Assembly (NCBI RefSeq): GCF_001194135.2
Contig: NC_068993.1
Coordinates: 26,197,690-26,261,689, forward strand
Direction: 5' to 3'
Length of the DNA: 64,000 bases
Source of the DNA: Octopus bimaculoides
Taxonomy: Eukaryota
The notes below the pieces were generated by a model that made no database searches, was not told the origin of the DNA, and saw only the letters and a program-made list of their open reading frames with translations. Of the stretch, positions 61,046 through 64,000 are shown piece after piece (the stretch's first letter is position 1; every line of letters begins with the position of its first letter). The position numbers and the translations under genes are program-made.

Positions 61046-61571
61046 TTTTCTATAATCTTTGACTTTGTTTTTTTTCTTTTGGCAGGTGGAGCAGTAGGAT
61101 GACAATTAGGTATGGTGTATGTATGTGGAAGAAATAGCTGTATAAGGGAGATAGAGGAAGGTAAGATGCATGGAAACTGAGTTTAATAAACACCTAATAA
61201 GGCTCCATTCCTCATATGCTTTTAACCTTTTCCCAACTATACATAATTATATAGGTTTTGTGTAATGTAGCACAAGTAATTACTTAAGTGAAATGTAGTT
61301 TGAAGTGAGATGAACAATTGAACAATTGTAGCCAATATTATACAACTGAATTTGTTGTGGCAGATTGTCTAAGGCCGAACGCCCTTCGTGTCTCTAGCCT
61401 CCCTTGGTCAGACATGTCTTTCACTTGAGAATGAAAATGAACAACATAATTTGTATGATGGTGATGATTATTTACAATCATCATATAATTTCAAGATAAG
61501 GGTACACACATATACACATATGTATCAGTGGCATGCAGTGACCTTTCAGATTGGTCATGCAATGAATATGT

Positions 61572-62165
61572 GGGTCAATTGAAAAGTTTATAGGCTGACC
61601 AAAATTCTCTCATGGAATGTGACTAAATGTGGTTTATTTTTCAGCATAGACCCCCACTTGCAGTCCACACACTTCTTCCATTGGTGTTGCAGTGCTTGGA
61701 TCCCATTGGAAAACAAGCTTTCATCTTGTTGGTCAAAAATATTATTGGCAGTAGATATGATGTCAACATCACTGTGATACTGGATTCCATCCATGTATTT
61801 TCATGCTGGCAAACAGATGATAGTCAGATGGGGTCAAACCATGAGACTAAGGATGGTGATCAACTAGTTCAAAGCTTGAGCCATGCATTGCAGCCATTGA
61901 AACCAAGGACATGTGTGCTGGAGCATTGTCTTAACAAAAGAAGACCCCTTTTGTCAGTTTCCTTGGTTGTTTCATAATTTCCTCAGCATGTTGGCATAGT
62001 ACATTCCATTGATGATGTGGCCTTTTTGAAGACAGTCAATAAAGACAAAACCTTTTGCATACCAAATAACTGAGGTCATATCCTTCCCTGTAGATGGTCT
62101 TCTTTTAGGCAGGTGAGAAGGGGTATTTCCACTGCATGGATTATCCCTGGCTTAAAGTGATGAAC
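61572..62165 (-). mobile_element. Mariner 3' half with TIR (irritans-like)
   Basis: QQDESLFSNGIQALQHQWKKCVD; TIR AATTGAAAAGTTTATAGGCTGACC. Confidence 0.85.
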
Positions 62166-62169
62166 CTAG

Positions 62170-62957
62170 CATTCTTCACAGATTAGGATACATTCAAGAA
62201 CACTAAACATGATAAAAACAACACCATGATGCAATTCACTCTACCAGAAATTTGGAAACAACATGCTGTACTCTTTGACATTCGTGCCAGTAACTCCAAA
62301 GTGAACATTTCAGTGTGTTAGAGTATCAATCTGAGGACAGTGCATGTACCGAGAGTGATAAAAATCAAACATCTAGCCAACATCATGGTGTTTGGAGTGA
62401 TCACTAGTGATAGCAACATTGTATCTCTGTTCATCTTCCCACACAGAGGCCTACATCAAGTGCCTGGAGGAGTTAGTGCTGCTCTGGATCAAGAGGGTGA
62501 CTGCTGGAAGACCCTATGTCTGACAACAGAACTCTGTACCATACCACACAAGCAGGGGACCCAAGTCATGGCTGTCAGACAAATTCTGCGACCAAACCAC
62601 CTCTAACATCTGGCCATTTAACTCCACAGACTGCAGCCCCCTTGATTATTATGTGTGGGGCACAGTTGAGCAAGAGACCAACAAAACTCCTTGTAACACC
62701 AAAGATGAACTGAAGGCAAGGATTATGGCAGCATTCACCAACATAAACAAGGAGACTGTCCGGAAGAGTAGCAGGAGATTCCGAAGTCGTCTGGAGGCTG
62801 TGGTTGAAGCCAATGGCAATTTTATTGAATAAATTTACTCTTTAGTATTTCAAGATATTTTTATGTAATTTTGGTAAATATATCTGTTAAAATGAAATGT
62901 CAGTGTTATTTTCATTTTTGCTAAATTTGGATGACAATATATTCACCACACCCTCTA
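62170..62957 (+). mobile_element. maT (D37D) element, internally deleted; same family as 45291-46158
   Basis: IKHLANIMVFGVITSD, PDCSPLDYYVWGTVEQETNKTPCNTKDELKARI; 3' TIR ..CACCACACCCTCTA. Confidence 0.85.
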
Positions 62958-63580
62958 TATATTATTGTCTAAGAATCCATAAGTCAGAAAAAGTAGGCAT
63001 TCATACATTTGTCGATAGAGTAGGTATATTAATCAAAGTATGCAGTATTATAGACCTATATGCTGTATAATTTGATTAGTATATATATTAACATATGTAT
63101 GCACATATACACACACATGCACACACACACATACACACACAAACATACACATGCACACATATATATGTGTGTCTGTGTGTCTGTGCACATCTACATGTGT
63201 GTGTGTTCATTATATCTTCTAAATTCATCAGAGAAGGAATATAATTTAATAAATAACAAAACCATTAATAACTCAATCACTTGCTTAACTGATATTTAAA
63301 TGATTTAAAGGATACTTCACTAAAATGTTATGATGCAGCAACAGTATTTATTTGATAAAACTAAGTATTTCTTCTTTTGCATATACTCATATCTTTAAGT
63401 ATATCTATTTTGAATATGTTGATATCCTTGGATATTTCTTTCTTGTGTGTGCTGATATGCATCAACGATATCTATCTTACACATCTCACTATGTCTAAAC
63501 ATGTGTTCATAAATACATACACACATACACAATGCACACATGCATCTATATAAATATATATGTGTGTGCAAATGTATATT

Positions 63581-63625
<45 letters not shown>

Positions 63626-63785
63626 NNNNNNNNNNNNNNNNNNNNNNNNNNNNNNNNNNNNNNNNNNNNNNNNNNNNNNNNNNNNNNNNNNNNNNNNNNN
63701 NNNNNNNNNNNNNNNNNNNNNNNNNNNNNNNNNNNNNNNNNNNNNNNNNNNNNNNNNNNNNNNNNNTATATATACATATATACAT

Positions 63786-64000
63786 ATCATCATCATCGTT
63801 TAATGTCTGCTTTCCATGCTGGCATGGGTTGGACGGTTTGACTGAGGTCTGGAGAGCTAGTGGCTGCACCAGGCTCCAATCTGATCTGGCAATGTTTCTA
63901 CAGCTGGATGCCCTTCCTAATGTCAACCACTCCAAGAGTGTAATGGGTGCTTTTTATGTGCCACTGGCACAAGAGCCAGTCAAGGAGGCCTGGCATCAAT
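63786..64000 (-). mobile_element. RTE-related 3' repeat with (GAT)n tail
   Basis: Homology to 32480-32722 and 39459-39822. Confidence 0.85.

Overview
AT-rich eukaryotic genomic DNA with scaffold gaps and extreme microsatellite content ((TA)n, (CA)n, (TACA)n, (AAT)n, (GA)n). The repeat repertoire (CORE- and Nin/Deu-domain tRNA SINEs with internal microsatellites, RTE, Tx1, Dong/R4 and Penelope retroelements) is most consistent with a cephalopod, probably Octopus; this is inference, no search was run. I found no supportable host-gene exon, so the window looks intronic or intergenic, and nearly all ORFs in the supplied track are microsatellite, N-gap or transposon artefacts. It is a graveyard of decayed elements: Tc1, mariner D34D, maT D37D, two hAT lineages, one Gypsy LTR element, several LINE clades, many SINEs and foldback/MITE elements. 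The most interesting signal is RNA-structural. At least nine type-I hammerhead ribozyme (HHR) motifs from about five unrelated short-repeat families occur here. One family joins a tRNA-like Pol III head, an (AAT)n linker and a Penelope-type minimal HHR, and one copy has a 16-bp target-site duplication. Another family carries a fixed non-canonical core (CUGUNGA). A further repeat has all hammerhead parts in a scrambled, pseudoknot-like order.
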